Shown here: in pieces, positions 21,949 to 32,775 of the stretch | Layout of the letters: every line of letters begins with the position of its first letter | Numbering within the stretch: position 1 is the first letter of the stretch | Source: Thermodesulfovibrionales bacterium | GTDB lineage: Bacteria > Nitrospirota > Thermodesulfovibrionia > Thermodesulfovibrionales > SM23-35 | NCBI GenBank assembly: GCA_963715195.1 | Contig: CAVQRT010000007.1 | Location: forward strand, 224,001 to 288,000 | Length of the DNA: 64,000 bases | Direction: 5' to 3' | Notes under the pieces: model-generated | Database searches by the model: none | What the model saw: only the letters and a program-made list of their open reading frames with translations | What the model was told of the DNA's origin: nothing | Translations under genes and position numbers: made by a program

Positions 21949-22836
21949 CTAAAACTTTCTCAACTGCTGCATGGTCTTGCTGACAAATATTCCTGATGGC
22001 CTGTAAAAAAGAATCAGCAGCAGAATGATCAGTGCGACCGCATCTTTTAATCCTGAATGAAGGTATCCGGCTGTCATGGATTCGAGAATGCCGATCAGGA
22101 ATCCGCCGATGACCGCACCCCGGTTGCTCCCGAGTCCTCCCATGATTGCTGCACAAAATCCTTTTACCGCAAGCATAGGACCCTTGTCGTATTCCATGAG
22201 GGAGATGGGAGTTATCGCCATGCCCCCGATTGCACCTACCATGGCACTCAAGACAAAAGAGAACATGACCATCCTTGACACGTTGACTCCAACCAGTTGA
22301 GCTGCTGTCGGATTTACGGCGCATGCAAGCATGGCTTTTCCGACGATTGTCTTCTTGAAGAAAAAAAATAGTCCAATGATGCAGAGGATGGTAATGCCGA
22401 TAACCCACAGGGTCTGCTGCTGGATGATTGCCCCGTAAATGCTCACCGGTTCACCCTCGGTAAAAGCAGGGTACACGTACGGTTCTTTCCCAAAACTGAA
22501 CATCAATATCCCGCGCAGCACAATTGAAACTGCAATGGTAATCATAATCATCAGCAGGAGATCAGGATTTTTCAACGGCTTAATCGTCAGTCTTTCCATG
22601 AGAAGCCCGACAATGCCTGCACTGATGAGCGTGAATGCTACGGAGACCAAAAATGGGAGATGCAGTGATTCTGAGAAAAACCACATCATGAGTCCGCCAA
22701 TCACGACAAATTCTCCCTGGGCAAGATTTATGATCGAGGTAGCATTATAGGTAATATTAAAACCGATACCGACCAATGCATACACGGCACCGACGGTTAG
22801 GCCTGAGAAAAGGAATTGTAAGAAGACTGTAAGCAA
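21949..22836 (-). CDS. livH: HAAT/Liv-type ABC permease
   Basis: YALVGIGFNITY...INLAQGEF and GGLGS motifs. Confidence 0.9.
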   Translation of the reverse strand: MLTVFLQFLFSGLTVGAVYALVGIGFNITYNATSIINLAQGEFVVIGGLMMWFFSESLHLPFLVSVAFTLISAGIVGLLMERLTIKPLKNPDLLLMIMITIAVSIVLRGILMFSFGKEPYVYPAFTEGEPVSIYGAIIQQQTLWVIGITILCIIGLFFFFKKTIVGKAMLACAVNPTAAQLVGVNVSRMVMFSFVLSAMVGAIGGMAITPISLMEYDKGPMLAVKGFCAAIMGGLGSNRGAVIGGFLIGILESMTAGYLHSGLKDAVALIILLLILFYRPSGIFVSKTMQQLRKF

Positions 22837-22856
22837 AATGTGATATTGCCTGAAGG

Positions 22857-22887
22857 GAATTGAGGGGATTGGTATCCCCTCAATTAT
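22857..22887. terminator. Intercistronic stem-loop after the binding-protein gene
   Basis: AATTGAGGGGA-ttggta-TCCCCTCAATT. Confidence 0.6.
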
Positions 22888-22896
22888 TCAATAAAC

Positions 22897-24057
22897 TTAT
22901 TTTAAGACTTCCCAATCACCGTTTTTCACCACGACCATTTCAAAGGCATCCTTATTCAGACCGCAATGGTCATCCGGTGACATCGTAAATATACCGCCGG
23001 TTCCGGGCCAATCACGGATTTTCGTCTCAATATACTCTCTGATCTTTGCTTTGTCAGGGCCGACATTTTTAAGTGCCTCAACGACCATCATGATGGAATC
23101 ATATGCATGTCCGCCGAATGTGCCCGGCTCGCTCTTGTACCGGGCTTCATAGTCCTGCGTATACTTTTTCAGCAACGCCTTCTGGGGGTGATTATCGGGG
23201 AGTTTCTCCCAAACAACGAGTCTTCCGAGAGGCGCAATGACACCTTCCGCTGCCTTTCCTGCAAGTTCGATGTTTTTCTTGCTTCCCCAGCCGTGGCTCT
23301 GATAGAGTGGGATTCCCATTTTGAGCGCATGCCAGTTTTTTGTAACGATGACCTGCCCTGGTCCAACAGACCAGTTGATGACTCCCTGAGCGCCTGCCGC
23401 CTTTATTTTGACAAGCTGTGTCGTCATATCTGAATCTTTAGGCCCGTATTTCTCGTCAGCGACAATGGTAATGCCATACTGTGGCGCTATATTAAGAAGT
23501 GCTTTTCTGCCTGCGTCACCGAAGCCGGTGGATATGGTGATAATTCCGACCTTTGTGATACCCTGCTTCTTCATGTACCCGTAAATGGCTTCCACAGCAC
23601 TCACGTCATACTGGGGAGTTTTGAATATCCAGGTCCTTTCTTTAGCAGGTTGGGTTATGGGGGCACCGGCTGCACAGGAAAGCAGAAGCGTATTTGCGTT
23701 ATTCATAATCGGGACTAACGCCATTGACTCACCGGTAGTCGATGGTCCGATAATGGCGACGACTTTATCATTTTCAAGAAGTTTTTTTGCAGACAGTACG
23801 GCCTGGGTTTCGTCACTCTTCGTGTCCTCAATGATTATTTCGAGAGGATGTCCGTTGATGCCACCGGATTTGTTGATCTGATCCTGGAGCATGAGTGCGG
23901 TATTTTTTTCAGGTTCTCCCAGGAATGAAGCCGGGCCGGTTACCGCAAAAAGTGCTCCAATCTGATACGGTTCTTTCGCATATGCATTGACTAACATAAG
24001 TAATAGAGACAATACCGCAACAAGAACCACCAAGAATTTCCCCTTTGCTTTTTTCAT
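22897..24057 (-). CDS. HAAT/Liv-type ABC substrate-binding protein
   Basis: Signal peptide; IGALFAVTGPASFLG, GGINGHPLE and IIGPSTTG motifs. Confidence 0.9.
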   Translation of the reverse strand: MKKAKGKFLVVLVAVLSLLLMLVNAYAKEPYQIGALFAVTGPASFLGEPEKNTALMLQDQINKSGGINGHPLEIIIEDTKSDETQAVLSAKKLLENDKVVAIIGPSTTGESMALVPIMNNANTLLLSCAAGAPITQPAKERTWIFKTPQYDVSAVEAIYGYMKKQGITKVGIITISTGFGDAGRKALLNIAPQYGITIVADEKYGPKDSDMTTQLVKIKAAGAQGVINWSVGPGQVIVTKNWHALKMGIPLYQSHGWGSKKNIELAGKAAEGVIAPLGRLVVWEKLPDNHPQKALLKKYTQDYEARYKSEPGTFGGHAYDSIMMVVEALKNVGPDKAKIREYIETKIRDWPGTGGIFTMSPDDHCGLNKDAFEMVVVKNGDWEVLK

Positions 24058-24104
24058 GTTCTCCTCCTTTGATTGAATGATTTTAGGATTACTTCTCCCC
24101 GTCG

Positions 24105-24536
24105 TTACAAAGCGGAGAGTTCTTCCCCACTAAGGATCCTCACACCAGCCTTCTGCAATACCTCAATCGACTTCTCGAACTCGTCGAATCGAAAAATAAC
24201 GATGGCATTTTCTCCGCTCTTTTCGACAAAGGCATACATGTATTCCACATTTATTCCTTCATTCTTTATGGTATTGAGGATGCCTGACAGCCCACCAGGC
24301 CTGTCAGGAACTTCGATTGCAACAACCTTTGTCTTCTCAACAGTAAACCCCTGCTCTTTGAGAGCCAGCCGTGCCTTTTCAGTATCATTGACGATGAGGC
24401 GCAATATTCCGAAGTCAGCCGTGTCGGCGAGATAAAGAGCCCGTATATTGATGCCCCCCTGTGACAGAGCACTCGTCACGTCAGCAAGCCTCCCGGATTT
24501 GTTCTCAAGAAATATGGATATCTGTTCAACATTCAT
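24105..24536 (-). CDS. Tandem ACT-domain protein (1)
   Basis: [29 protein letters not shown] and INVEYMYAF; start at ATG 24536. Confidence 0.9.
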   Translation of the reverse strand: MNVEQISIFLENKSGRLADVTSALSQGGINIRALYLADTADFGILRLIVNDTEKARLALKEQGFTVEKTKVVAIEVPDRPGGLSGILNTIKNEGINVEYMYAFVEKSGENAIVIFRFDEFEKSIEVLQKAGVRILSGEELSAL

Positions 24537-24713
24537 GGTTGATCTGTGCACAAAAACATGGATACAAAGATTATCACAATTGAAGCAAGAAAACAATATA
24601 AGACACGCTATCGGGAACAACATACTTTTTTGCTTATGTAAAAAAATTTTCAGGATATGATAAAATTGTAAACTTTTTTATACTTTTTATCCTTTTATCC
24701 TGAAAGAGGAACC

Positions 24714-25301
24714 ATGGGAACCACAAACGTACTTTTTGCCGGTGTCGGAGGACAGGGAATCATCCTCGCCAGTAAAATTCTCACCAAATGCGCTTTTGTT
24801 TCCGGATATAGGGTGAAAGAAAGCGAACTTCACGGTATGGCGCAAAGAGGGGGGAGTGTCACAAGCCATGTGCGTTTCGGGGAAGAAGTCTATTCTCCGC
24901 TGATCCAAAGAGGCAAAGCTGATTTTCTCATTGCCCTTGAAGAGCTTGAAGGGTTGCGATACGCTTACTATCTCAAACCGCATGGTAAGGTGATACTCAA
25001 CCGGAAAAAAGTGAAGCCTTCCTTTATGAACCCCTCGTGTGCACCCTATCCGGATGACGTCGCCACTCAACTCACGTCGATGGATTTTGATGTGGATACG
25101 GTAAATGCGTTCGAAATCGCAAACGACCTCGGGAACCCGAAGATGGAGAACATCACCGTGATGGGAGTGCTCTCCCGTTACCTGCCATTCATCATCTCTG
25201 TATGGGAAAGAGTGATCAAGGAATCTGTGCCGGCAAAGACAATCGACATCAACCTAACTGCGTTCAGAAAAGGACGTGATTGTGCCGGGGGCAAAGGATA
25301 A
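24714..25301 (+). CDS. iorB: Indolepyruvate:ferredoxin oxidoreductase beta subunit
   Basis: GVGGQGIILAS and SELHGMAQRGGSVTSHVRFG motifs. Confidence 0.92.
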   Translation: MGTTNVLFAGVGGQGIILASKILTKCAFVSGYRVKESELHGMAQRGGSVTSHVRFGEEVYSPLIQRGKADFLIALEELEGLRYAYYLKPHGKVILNRKKVKPSFMNPSCAPYPDDVATQLTSMDFDVDTVNAFEIANDLGNPKMENITVMGVLSRYLPFIISVWERVIKESVPAKTIDINLTAFRKGRDCAGGKG

Positions 25302-25303
25302 GA

Positions 25304-26596
25304 ATGTTCTGGGAAAAGGAGATCGAAACAATACCTCGAAGGAGTCTGGAAGCCTTGCAATTGAAAAGGCTGCATCAAACTATCCGTCTTGCCCATAAAA
25401 ATATCCCCTTCTATCAGGATAAATTCTCGGACCTGAACATGAAACCTCGGGATATCGTCACGTTAAAAGATATGCAAAAACTTCCCTTCACGTCCCGGGA
25501 AGATCTTCGCGCAAACTACCCGTTCGGTATGCTTGCTGTTGATAAAGAGCAGGTCGTTCGTCTGCATACGTCAAGCGGAACGACCGGAAAACCGAAAGCA
25601 ATCTTTTTTTCGAAGAAAGACATCAATCGGGCTGCGGAACTGATTGCCCGATGCCTGATCATGACAGGAACAACAAAAGGCGATGTGCTCCAGAATATGA
25701 TGACCTACGGTTTGTTCACCGGTGCACTCGTCATGCATTACGGCGCCGAGAAAGCGGGAGTATTGGTAATTCCCGCAGGCCCGGGAAATACCCAGCGACA
25801 GATTGCCTTAATGCAGGATTTCAAATCCACTGCCCTTCATATTACTCCGAGCTACGCTCTCTACCTTGCCAGCGTCATGCATAATGAGGGCATTCATCCA
25901 AAAAGAGAGCTGTTTCTCCGGAGGGCATATCTCGGTTCTGAACCGTACTCTGAGGAAACGAGAAACAAGATCGAACATTTCTTCGGCATCGACGTATACA
26001 ACTCCTATGGCCTGTCTGAAATGAATGGTCCGGGAGTTGCTTTTGAGTGTTTGGAAAAAAACGGAATGCATCTCTGGGAAGACAATTTCATCCTCGAGAT
26101 AATCGATCCGGAAACCAGCGCTCCCGTGCCCGACGGGGAAAAGGGTGAACTGGTCCTCACCACCTTATGCCGTGAAGCTATGCCCATTCTTCGTTACCGC
26201 ACCCGTGATATCGTGACGATCATTCCAGAAAAATGCAGATGCGGTCGGACACACCGCAGGATATCGAGAATCATCGGGAGATCGGATGATATGATTATTA
26301 TCCGTGGAGTTAACATCTTCCCCCAGCAGATCGAACGAATCTTAATGGGTGTTAAGGCGGTGGCACAAAATTATCAGATCGTCCTGGAGGCGTATGACCA
26401 GATGACCGTGAGGGTTGAGATATCAAAAGATTTATTCGACGGAAGGGTCGAGCATCTCGTAAACCTCCGGAATGAGATAACGGAAAAATTGAGATCGGAA
26501 ATCCTCGTAAGGCCGAAGGTTGAACTCCTGGAACCGGGCACGCTGCCAGTGAGTGAGGGTAAATCAACACGGGTTATCGATAAGAGAACACTGTAA
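25304..26596 (+). CDS. paaK: Phenylacetate-CoA ligase family protein (paralog 2)
   Basis: [21 protein letters not shown] and GRSDDM motifs; start at ATG 25304. Confidence 0.9.
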   Translation: MFWEKEIETIPRRSLEALQLKRLHQTIRLAHKNIPFYQDKFSDLNMKPRDIVTLKDMQKLPFTSREDLRANYPFGMLAVDKEQVVRLHTSSGTTGKPKAIFFSKKDINRAAELIARCLIMTGTTKGDVLQNMMTYGLFTGALVMHYGAEKAGVLVIPAGPGNTQRQIALMQDFKSTALHITPSYALYLASVMHNEGIHPKRELFLRRAYLGSEPYSEETRNKIEHFFGIDVYNSYGLSEMNGPGVAFECLEKNGMHLWEDNFILEIIDPETSAPVPDGEKGELVLTTLCREAMPILRYRTRDIVTIIPEKCRCGRTHRRISRIIGRSDDMIIIRGVNIFPQQIERILMGVKAVAQNYQIVLEAYDQMTVRVEISKDLFDGRVEHLVNLRNEITEKLRSEILVRPKVELLEPGTLPVSEGKSTRVIDKRTL

Positions 26597-26598
26597 TA

Positions 26599-27060
26599 AT
26601 GGAAAAGGGGTGCACTATGGAACAATTAAAGCAGATTTCCATCTTCTCCGAAAATAAGCCGGGCAGACTCAGGAAAATCACGAAAGTACTTGCAGAAGAA
26701 GGAGTCAATATCCTCGCAATCAATATCGCCAGCTCCAACGGATTCGGTGTCATCAGGTTCATTGTTGATAAAAGTGACCTGGCATATCAAAAACTCAAAC
26801 AGAAGGGTTTTACCGTCTCCCTCAATGAAGTATTGGCTATTGAACTGGTGGACAGACCCGGAGGATTGTTTGAAGTATCCGCTGTTTTATCAAAGAAGAA
26901 AATCAATATAGAAAACGCATATGTATTGATATTAGGCTCCAGAAAAAAGGCGTTCCTAATAGTGGATGTTCATGATATCGAAAAGGCAAAAAACCTTTTG
27001 AAGCACGAAAATCTGCACTTTTTTACCGCGCAGAAGAGTTTAAAAAGAAAGTTTATATAA
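26599..27060 (+). CDS. Tandem ACT-domain protein (2); start may be 26617
   Basis: [14 protein letters not shown] and DRPGGL motifs. Confidence 0.85.
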   Translation: MEKGCTMEQLKQISIFSENKPGRLRKITKVLAEEGVNILAINIASSNGFGVIRFIVDKSDLAYQKLKQKGFTVSLNEVLAIELVDRPGGLFEVSAVLSKKKINIENAYVLILGSRKKAFLIVDVHDIEKAKNLLKHENLHFFTAQKSLKRKFI

Positions 27061-27070
27061 GGAGAGAACC

Positions 27071-28369
27071 ATGATCTGGAATAAAGAAGCAGAATGCATG
27101 CGTATAACGGACAGGAAAAAACTGCAACTTACCAGAATGAAAGCAATTGTCAGACGGGCGTATCAAAATGTGCCTTACTATAAAAAACGGTTTGACGGAG
27201 CAGGTGCCAAACCTTCGGACATACGGTGCCTTGAAGACATAAAAAGACTTCCTTTTACCACCAAAACCGATCTGCGGGAAGGGTACCCGTTCGGATTATT
27301 CGCTGTTCCCCGCAAGGAAATCATCGAGGTGCATACTTCATCAGGAACAACCGGGAAGCCGACCGTATCGGGGTACACGAAGAAAGACATAGAAATCTGG
27401 GGTGAGGTGGTGGCGCGAGCCCTTACCATGTGCGGAGCAACAAAAGAGAGCATCATCCAAAATGGATACGGATACGGCTTGTTTACCGGCGGACTGGGTG
27501 TCCACTACGGGGCCCAGCGAATCGGGGCAACGGTTATTCCCATCTCTGCAGGCCAGACAAAAAGACATCTCGACATTATGCAGGACTTCGGTTCCACCAT
27601 CCTCACCTGCACCCCTTCCTACGCTCTGTATCTGACAGAGGCAGCCGAGGAAGCAGGGATAAACATAAAAAAACTAAAATTGAAAGCGGGCTGCTTCGGG
27701 GCGGAGATGTGGACGGACAGGATGCGGGAAGAGATAGAAAAACGGTTTCACCTGATAGCGCTCAATATTTACGGACTGACTGAGATAATCGGCCCCGGTG
27801 TTGCACAGGAATGCGACCAAAAAAACGGACTCCACATTTTCGAAGATCACTTTTATCCGGAGGTTGTTTCACCCGAAACTCTCGAGCCGCTGCCGGAAGG
27901 AGAAAAGGGGGAACTGGTTCTCAGTACCTTGACCCGTGATGGAATGCCCATGATCCGTTTCAGGACAAGGGATATAACCACGCTGCGGAGAGAACCCTGC
28001 AAATGCGGGAGGACTCTGGTCCGTATGGACCGGATTACCGGACGCACTGATGACATGCTGAAAATTCGGGGCGTTCTGATATTTCCTTCCCAGATCGAGA
28101 AGGCCCTTCTCGAGATCAGGGGAGTAGAGCCGCATTATCAGATCGTCGTCACACGGCCACAGCACCTTGATGAGATAGAGGTGCAGGTCGAGACGTCAAA
28201 GAAGTTATTCTCGGACGAAATCAGGCACCTCGAGGAAGTCAGGAAAAAAATCGCAAAGCATATCGAAAATGCGATCGGTCTGCGGGTGAAGGTCACCCTT
28301 GTTGAACCGAAAACCCTTCCACGCAGCGAGGGCAAGGCAAAGAGGGTTATCGACAAACGCCAACTATAA
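27071..28369 (+). CDS. paaK: Phenylacetate-CoA ligase family protein (paralog 3)
   Basis: [22 protein letters not shown] and [10 protein letters not shown] motifs. Confidence 0.92.
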   Translation: MIWNKEAECMRITDRKKLQLTRMKAIVRRAYQNVPYYKKRFDGAGAKPSDIRCLEDIKRLPFTTKTDLREGYPFGLFAVPRKEIIEVHTSSGTTGKPTVSGYTKKDIEIWGEVVARALTMCGATKESIIQNGYGYGLFTGGLGVHYGAQRIGATVIPISAGQTKRHLDIMQDFGSTILTCTPSYALYLTEAAEEAGINIKKLKLKAGCFGAEMWTDRMREEIEKRFHLIALNIYGLTEIIGPGVAQECDQKNGLHIFEDHFYPEVVSPETLEPLPEGEKGELVLSTLTRDGMPMIRFRTRDITTLRREPCKCGRTLVRMDRITGRTDDMLKIRGVLIFPSQIEKALLEIRGVEPHYQIVVTRPQHLDEIEVQVETSKKLFSDEIRHLEEVRKKIAKHIENAIGLRVKVTLVEPKTLPRSEGKAKRVIDKRQL

Positions 28370-28380
28370 AGGAGTGGAAG

Positions 28381-28812
28381 ATGGAGGTAAAACAGATATC
28401 CGTATTTCTGGAGAATAAGAAAGGTAGGTTGTGGGAAGCGATTAACGCACTGGCAAAAGCCCGGATCAACATCAGGGCGCTCTCGATAGCCGATACATCG
28501 GAATTCGGCATCCTGCGTTTAATCGTGCCCGACCCCCAGAAAGCCAAAAAAGTCCTCGGGCAGAGCGGGTTCACCGTAAGAGAAAATGATGTTATTGCAG
28601 TCGGCGTATCCGATAAACCCGGAGGATTGGCAGGCGTTCTGAAGATGTTGACCGATGCCGGTATAAATGTCGAATATCTGTATGCATTCGTTGAAAAAAG
28701 CGGGAAAAAGGCCGTTGTGGTCTTGCGGACCGATAGCATCAGCAAAGGCAAAAAAGTCCTCAAAAAGAACGGCGTTACTGTGCTTTCTCCTCAGCAGGTA
28801 TATAGCCTATAG
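28381..28812 (+). CDS. Tandem ACT-domain protein (3)
   Basis: [27 protein letters not shown] and INVEYLYAF motifs. Confidence 0.9.
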   Translation: MEVKQISVFLENKKGRLWEAINALAKARINIRALSIADTSEFGILRLIVPDPQKAKKVLGQSGFTVRENDVIAVGVSDKPGGLAGVLKMLTDAGINVEYLYAFVEKSGKKAVVVLRTDSISKGKKVLKKNGVTVLSPQQVYSL

Positions 28813-30403
28813 TTTTTCTCTTCATTTTCATCAGTCGCCTGGTCACAAATACACACGGCCTTCGTGAGATGACGACGTTGACTCCTTCGGCATCGAGCTT
28901 TTCTTTGAGCACAGTTTCTGTTTTCTTGACATCATAGGGATCAGTTACTTCAACTGAAGTGACACCACAGGCCTTGCAGATCTCCTCGAGGGATATCTTT
29001 CCTCCCTCTTTCCCCTTCGCAGTAAGACCGGTCAGCGGAGTCGGCTGGTTCCCGGTCATCGCGACTGCTGAGTTATCAAGAATAAGCACCATGATATTCG
29101 CACGGTTATAAACAGCGTTGATGAGCGCAGGTATGCCCGAATGAATAAACGTAGAATCTCCGATTACTGCTGCCACTCTTCTTACCCCTTGTTTCGCGAT
29201 TCCCGCAGCCTGACTGATGCCTGCTCCCATACAGAGGCAGGTATCCACGATTTGGTAAGGTGGATTCGCTCCAAGAGTATAGCAGCCGATATCGCCGGCA
29301 GTGAACGAAGGCTGGGCTGCTTTGAGCGCTTCATAGAATTTACTATGCGGACAACCCGGGCACAAAACAGGTGGTCTTGGCGGTAAGGGTTTAGCAAACA
29401 TATCCCTGCGCTGACCGACACTCCAGCCCTGTACATATTCAGACATCACATCGGGGCCGAGTTCTCCGGTGATGCCAATTTCCCCCGAGATCTTTCCTTT
29501 CACTTTCGTGGAATATTTTCTTACAACCTCTTCCACAAGTGGTTCCCCTTCTTCCAAAACCCAGACTTCCTCCAATCCCCTCACAAACTCCCCGATCAAC
29601 GTTTCATTAACCGGATAATATGAAATCTTCAAAAGAGCAAATTCAGAACCATACTCTTTCGCATACGTATAACCGATGCCGCACGCGATGATCCCTTTTT
29701 TCTGTCCGCTCTTAACAGCGGTGTTCATTCCAGTGGCCGCCCCCCATTTTCTCAATCGTTTCTGCTTGTCCTGCAAATTCCTGTGACATCTCAAAACGTT
29801 GCTTGGAACGGCAATCATATTCCCTGGATCTTTCTGCAACGAAAGCGGGTTCTCTTCCCGAACAGCTCCCAACGTAACCGGAGAATAGGCATGACAAATT
29901 CTTGTCACTGTTCTCAGCATAACCGGAAGGCCTGTCTGCTCGGACAGTTCGAAAGCCATGATCGTCATATCCTTGGCTTCCTGCGAGTCGCTCGGCTCAA
30001 GGCACGGTATCTTTGCAAATTTCGCATAGAAACGGGAATCCTGTTCATTCTGTGAAGAATACGCACCCGGATCATCAGATACAGCAAGGACTAACCCCCC
30101 CTTAATGCCGAGGTATGCCGCGGTCATCAAGGGATCTGAAGCAACGTTGAGTCCAACATGTTTCATAGAGCACATCGCTCTTTTTCCCGCATAGGATGCA
30201 CCGATCGCAGTTTCAAGAGCCACTTTTTCATTCACCGCCCATTCCACATCGCCGGAGAAATTATGCGCGATATACTCGAGAATTTGGGTAGCAGGTGTTC
30301 CCGGATAACTGGTTGCCAGAGATATCCCCGCCTCTATTGCCCCCCTTCCGATTGCATCGTCACCTAACATGATGATTTCCTGACCTGCCTGATTTTGTTT
30401 CAC
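28775..30403 (-). CDS. iorA: Indolepyruvate:ferredoxin oxidoreductase alpha subunit (no C-terminal ferredoxin domain)
   Basis: [43 protein letters not shown] and GDSTFIHSG motifs; GTG 30403 after AAGGAG. Confidence 0.9.
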   Translation of the reverse strand: MKQNQAGQEIIMLGDDAIGRGAIEAGISLATSYPGTPATQILEYIAHNFSGDVEWAVNEKVALETAIGASYAGKRAMCSMKHVGLNVASDPLMTAAYLGIKGGLVLAVSDDPGAYSSQNEQDSRFYAKFAKIPCLEPSDSQEAKDMTIMAFELSEQTGLPVMLRTVTRICHAYSPVTLGAVREENPLSLQKDPGNMIAVPSNVLRCHRNLQDKQKRLRKWGAATGMNTAVKSGQKKGIIACGIGYTYAKEYGSEFALLKISYYPVNETLIGEFVRGLEEVWVLEEGEPLVEEVVRKYSTKVKGKISGEIGITGELGPDVMSEYVQGWSVGQRRDMFAKPLPPRPPVLCPGCPHSKFYEALKAAQPSFTAGDIGCYTLGANPPYQIVDTCLCMGAGISQAAGIAKQGVRRVAAVIGDSTFIHSGIPALINAVYNRANIMVLILDNSAVAMTGNQPTPLTGLTAKGKEGGKISLEEICKACGVTSVEVTDPYDVKKTETVLKEKLDAEGVNVVISRRPCVFVTRRLMKMKRKTIGYIPAEEKAQ

Positions 30404-30538
30404 CTGAAGATACTCCTTTAGTCCATTTTTAATAAAACATATTGAGCAATTATAACACGGTTGTCTTTCACTGAAAAGGTCATTTATTCTCTGTTTCCCT
30501 ACCAATTGATCGGATGATCTGTGTAGAATAATAATGAA

Positions 30539-31339
30539 ATGAAGGGAATCGTCGACTTCCACACTCATGCCTTCCCTGATGAATTAGCCGAAAGGGTAGT
30601 AAAGATGCTCGAGGAAGAAGGAGGGGTTAGGGCTCATCTGGATGGAACAATATCCTCCCTTCTCTTATCAATGGACAACTGCGGGATTGAAAAGAGTGTT
30701 ATTTGCAATATTGCCACAAGCCCCGCACAGTTTCACTCGATTCTGAAATGGTGCAAAAAGATCAGATCCGAAAGAATTATCCCTTTTCCTTCTTTTCATC
30801 CGTATGACCCTGAGTTCAGAGAAAGGATCGACGCAATAAAACAGGAGGGCTTTTTAGGGATAAAATTTCATCCCTACTATCAGAATTTTACGATTGATGA
30901 GGAAAAGCTTCTTCCGGTTTATGAAAAAATATCTGCGGAAAATCTTATTCTTGTTATGCATACGGGCTTTGATTTTGCTTTCCCGCTCATAAGAATAGCC
31001 GACCCTGAAAAGATACTGCATATTGTTGGGAAATTTCCTTCACTGAAGCTGGTCACAACCCATCTCGGGGCCTGGAAGCAATGGGAAGAAGTCGAGGACT
31101 GTTTGCTCGGCAAACCCATTTACATGGAGATTTCGTTCTCCCTCGATTTCCTCAAAGATGACAGCGCTGTCAGAAAGATTTTTACAAACCACCCTCCCGA
31201 ATATATCCTTTTCGGCACCGATTCACCCTGGACCAAACAGCAGGAAACCCTTTCTCTCTTGAGGGAACTCAGACTCGGAAAAGAAAAAGAGAAGCTTATC
31301 TTACGGGAGAATGCCCTTAACCTTCTCAGTTCCGTCTGA
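30539..31339 (+). CDS. Amidohydrolase family metal-dependent hydrolase
   Basis: DFHTH, GIKFHP, MHTG and LFGTDSPW motifs. Confidence 0.85.
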   Translation: MKGIVDFHTHAFPDELAERVVKMLEEEGGVRAHLDGTISSLLLSMDNCGIEKSVICNIATSPAQFHSILKWCKKIRSERIIPFPSFHPYDPEFRERIDAIKQEGFLGIKFHPYYQNFTIDEEKLLPVYEKISAENLILVMHTGFDFAFPLIRIADPEKILHIVGKFPSLKLVTTHLGAWKQWEEVEDCLLGKPIYMEISFSLDFLKDDSAVRKIFTNHPPEYILFGTDSPWTKQQETLSLLRELRLGKEKEKLILRENALNLLSSV

Positions 31340-31390
31340 GGTAAGGAACTCCTCGAAGATCAGCTTTGGGGCCCATATGTCCCTTATTGT

Positions 31391-31477
31391 GTCATTCCCG
31401 CTTGTCGGGAATCCTTCTGAAAATGCTTTTAAGAGAACAATACACTTGTACAATGATTCCGGCCAAGCCGGAATGAC
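31391..31477. repeat. REP/RPE-like bipartite palindromic element (GTCA...TGAC)
   Basis: GTCATTCCCGCTTGTCGGGAATC ... GATTCCGGCCAAGCCGGAATGAC between convergent genes. Confidence 0.78.
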
Positions 31478-31497
31478 ATCTTTTCACCTCAATAACT

Positions 31498-32769
31498 CTA
31501 AAACAACCTCCTCTGTCCTTTGATTCCTTTCTGCTCCGGTTCCTCAAAGACTGTAATCTTTCCATACTCGCCATCAAAACCAGGCGCAACGTGAACATTC
31601 CCCGCACGCATTCTGCTGATTGCTTCCTTCAGCAGAGGTGAACCCGCGCGCCCGATTTCTTCGAGGGGCAGGTCCATAAGAATTTTCAATTCACTCCCAA
31701 GCTTTTCAATAAGCTGAAAATATTCTCTGCTGACTGCCTTGCTGTTTACACCTACCCTCTTGATTTCAGCAATAATTTCCTGCAGCGGGATTATTGAATA
31801 GAAAGGTGGCGCATCTAAAAGGTGAAAGCCTTCTTTCCGGTCCGCCAGCCTTTCAACTCTATGCATGACACCGATGGTTACCCTCTTACCGCACACAGGA
31901 CAAAGATAATTATGACTGATAGTCTCTTCAGGAGAGAGGCTCACACCACACGATCTGTGTCCATCATAATGATATTTCCCCTCTTCGGGAAAAAACTCAA
32001 CCGTTCCGGCAAACCCCTGCTTTGTTTTCATCGCGTTCGTAATCGCCTTATAGGATATTTCAGTATCGAATATATTTGCTTCCCGTCCGAGCTTTGCCGC
32101 TGAATGAGCATCTGAGTTCGAAATCAGTGTAACTGCATCGAGCGACGAAAGCCTCCAGTTCATAGACGGATTTGAGGATAATCCCGTCTCGATAGCGTAA
32201 ATATGTGGAGTCAGTTCATCAAAACATTCCTCCATGGAATCAAAACCTGAACCTGCACCAAAAACGGAGAAATGAGGCGTCCATGCATGTGCTGGGACGA
32301 GCATCATCTCATCTGATATATCGAGAACCATTTTAAGCAGGGTTTTTGTATCGAGGCCGAGTATCGGTCGGCCATCGGACGAGATGTTGCCGATTTTTGA
32401 AAGTGCTCGATTGAGCTCTGAGGCCGCGGCAAAATCAGGGGCAAGAATCAGGCTATGTACCTTCCTCACTCTTCCGTTCTTCGCATATATACAGCTCACC
32501 TCTGTCGTGAGCATGAAACAGACTTCAGCCGTACAGATATCAGGAAGGGAGATTATCTTGTATTTATCCTTTAGTTTTAATAAATTATTACCACATACAT
32601 CAAGTTTTTCTTTCAGTTCATGAAACCATTCAGGGTGGGTAAAATCTCCGGTACCGAGAACGGATATACCCTTTATCTGTGCCCATTTCCACAGACTCTC
32701 AAGACATACGTCTCTGCTCGTAGCACGGGAAAATCTGGAGTGGATGTGCAGGTCAGCAAAAAAACGCAT
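31498..32769 (-). CDS. Endonuclease Q family protein (PHP domain + Zn finger)
   Basis: ADLHIHSRFSRATS, GTGDFTHP, SNSDAHS, GKYHYDGHRSC and CPVCG motifs. Confidence 0.88.
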   Translation of the reverse strand: MRFFADLHIHSRFSRATSRDVCLESLWKWAQIKGISVLGTGDFTHPEWFHELKEKLDVCGNNLLKLKDKYKIISLPDICTAEVCFMLTTEVSCIYAKNGRVRKVHSLILAPDFAAASELNRALSKIGNISSDGRPILGLDTKTLLKMVLDISDEMMLVPAHAWTPHFSVFGAGSGFDSMEECFDELTPHIYAIETGLSSNPSMNWRLSSLDAVTLISNSDAHSAAKLGREANIFDTEISYKAITNAMKTKQGFAGTVEFFPEEGKYHYDGHRSCGVSLSPEETISHNYLCPVCGKRVTIGVMHRVERLADRKEGFHLLDAPPFYSIIPLQEIIAEIKRVGVNSKAVSREYFQLIEKLGSELKILMDLPLEEIGRAGSPLLKEAISRMRAGNVHVAPGFDGEYGKITVFEEPEQKGIKGQRRLF

Positions 32770-32775
32770 GATTGG

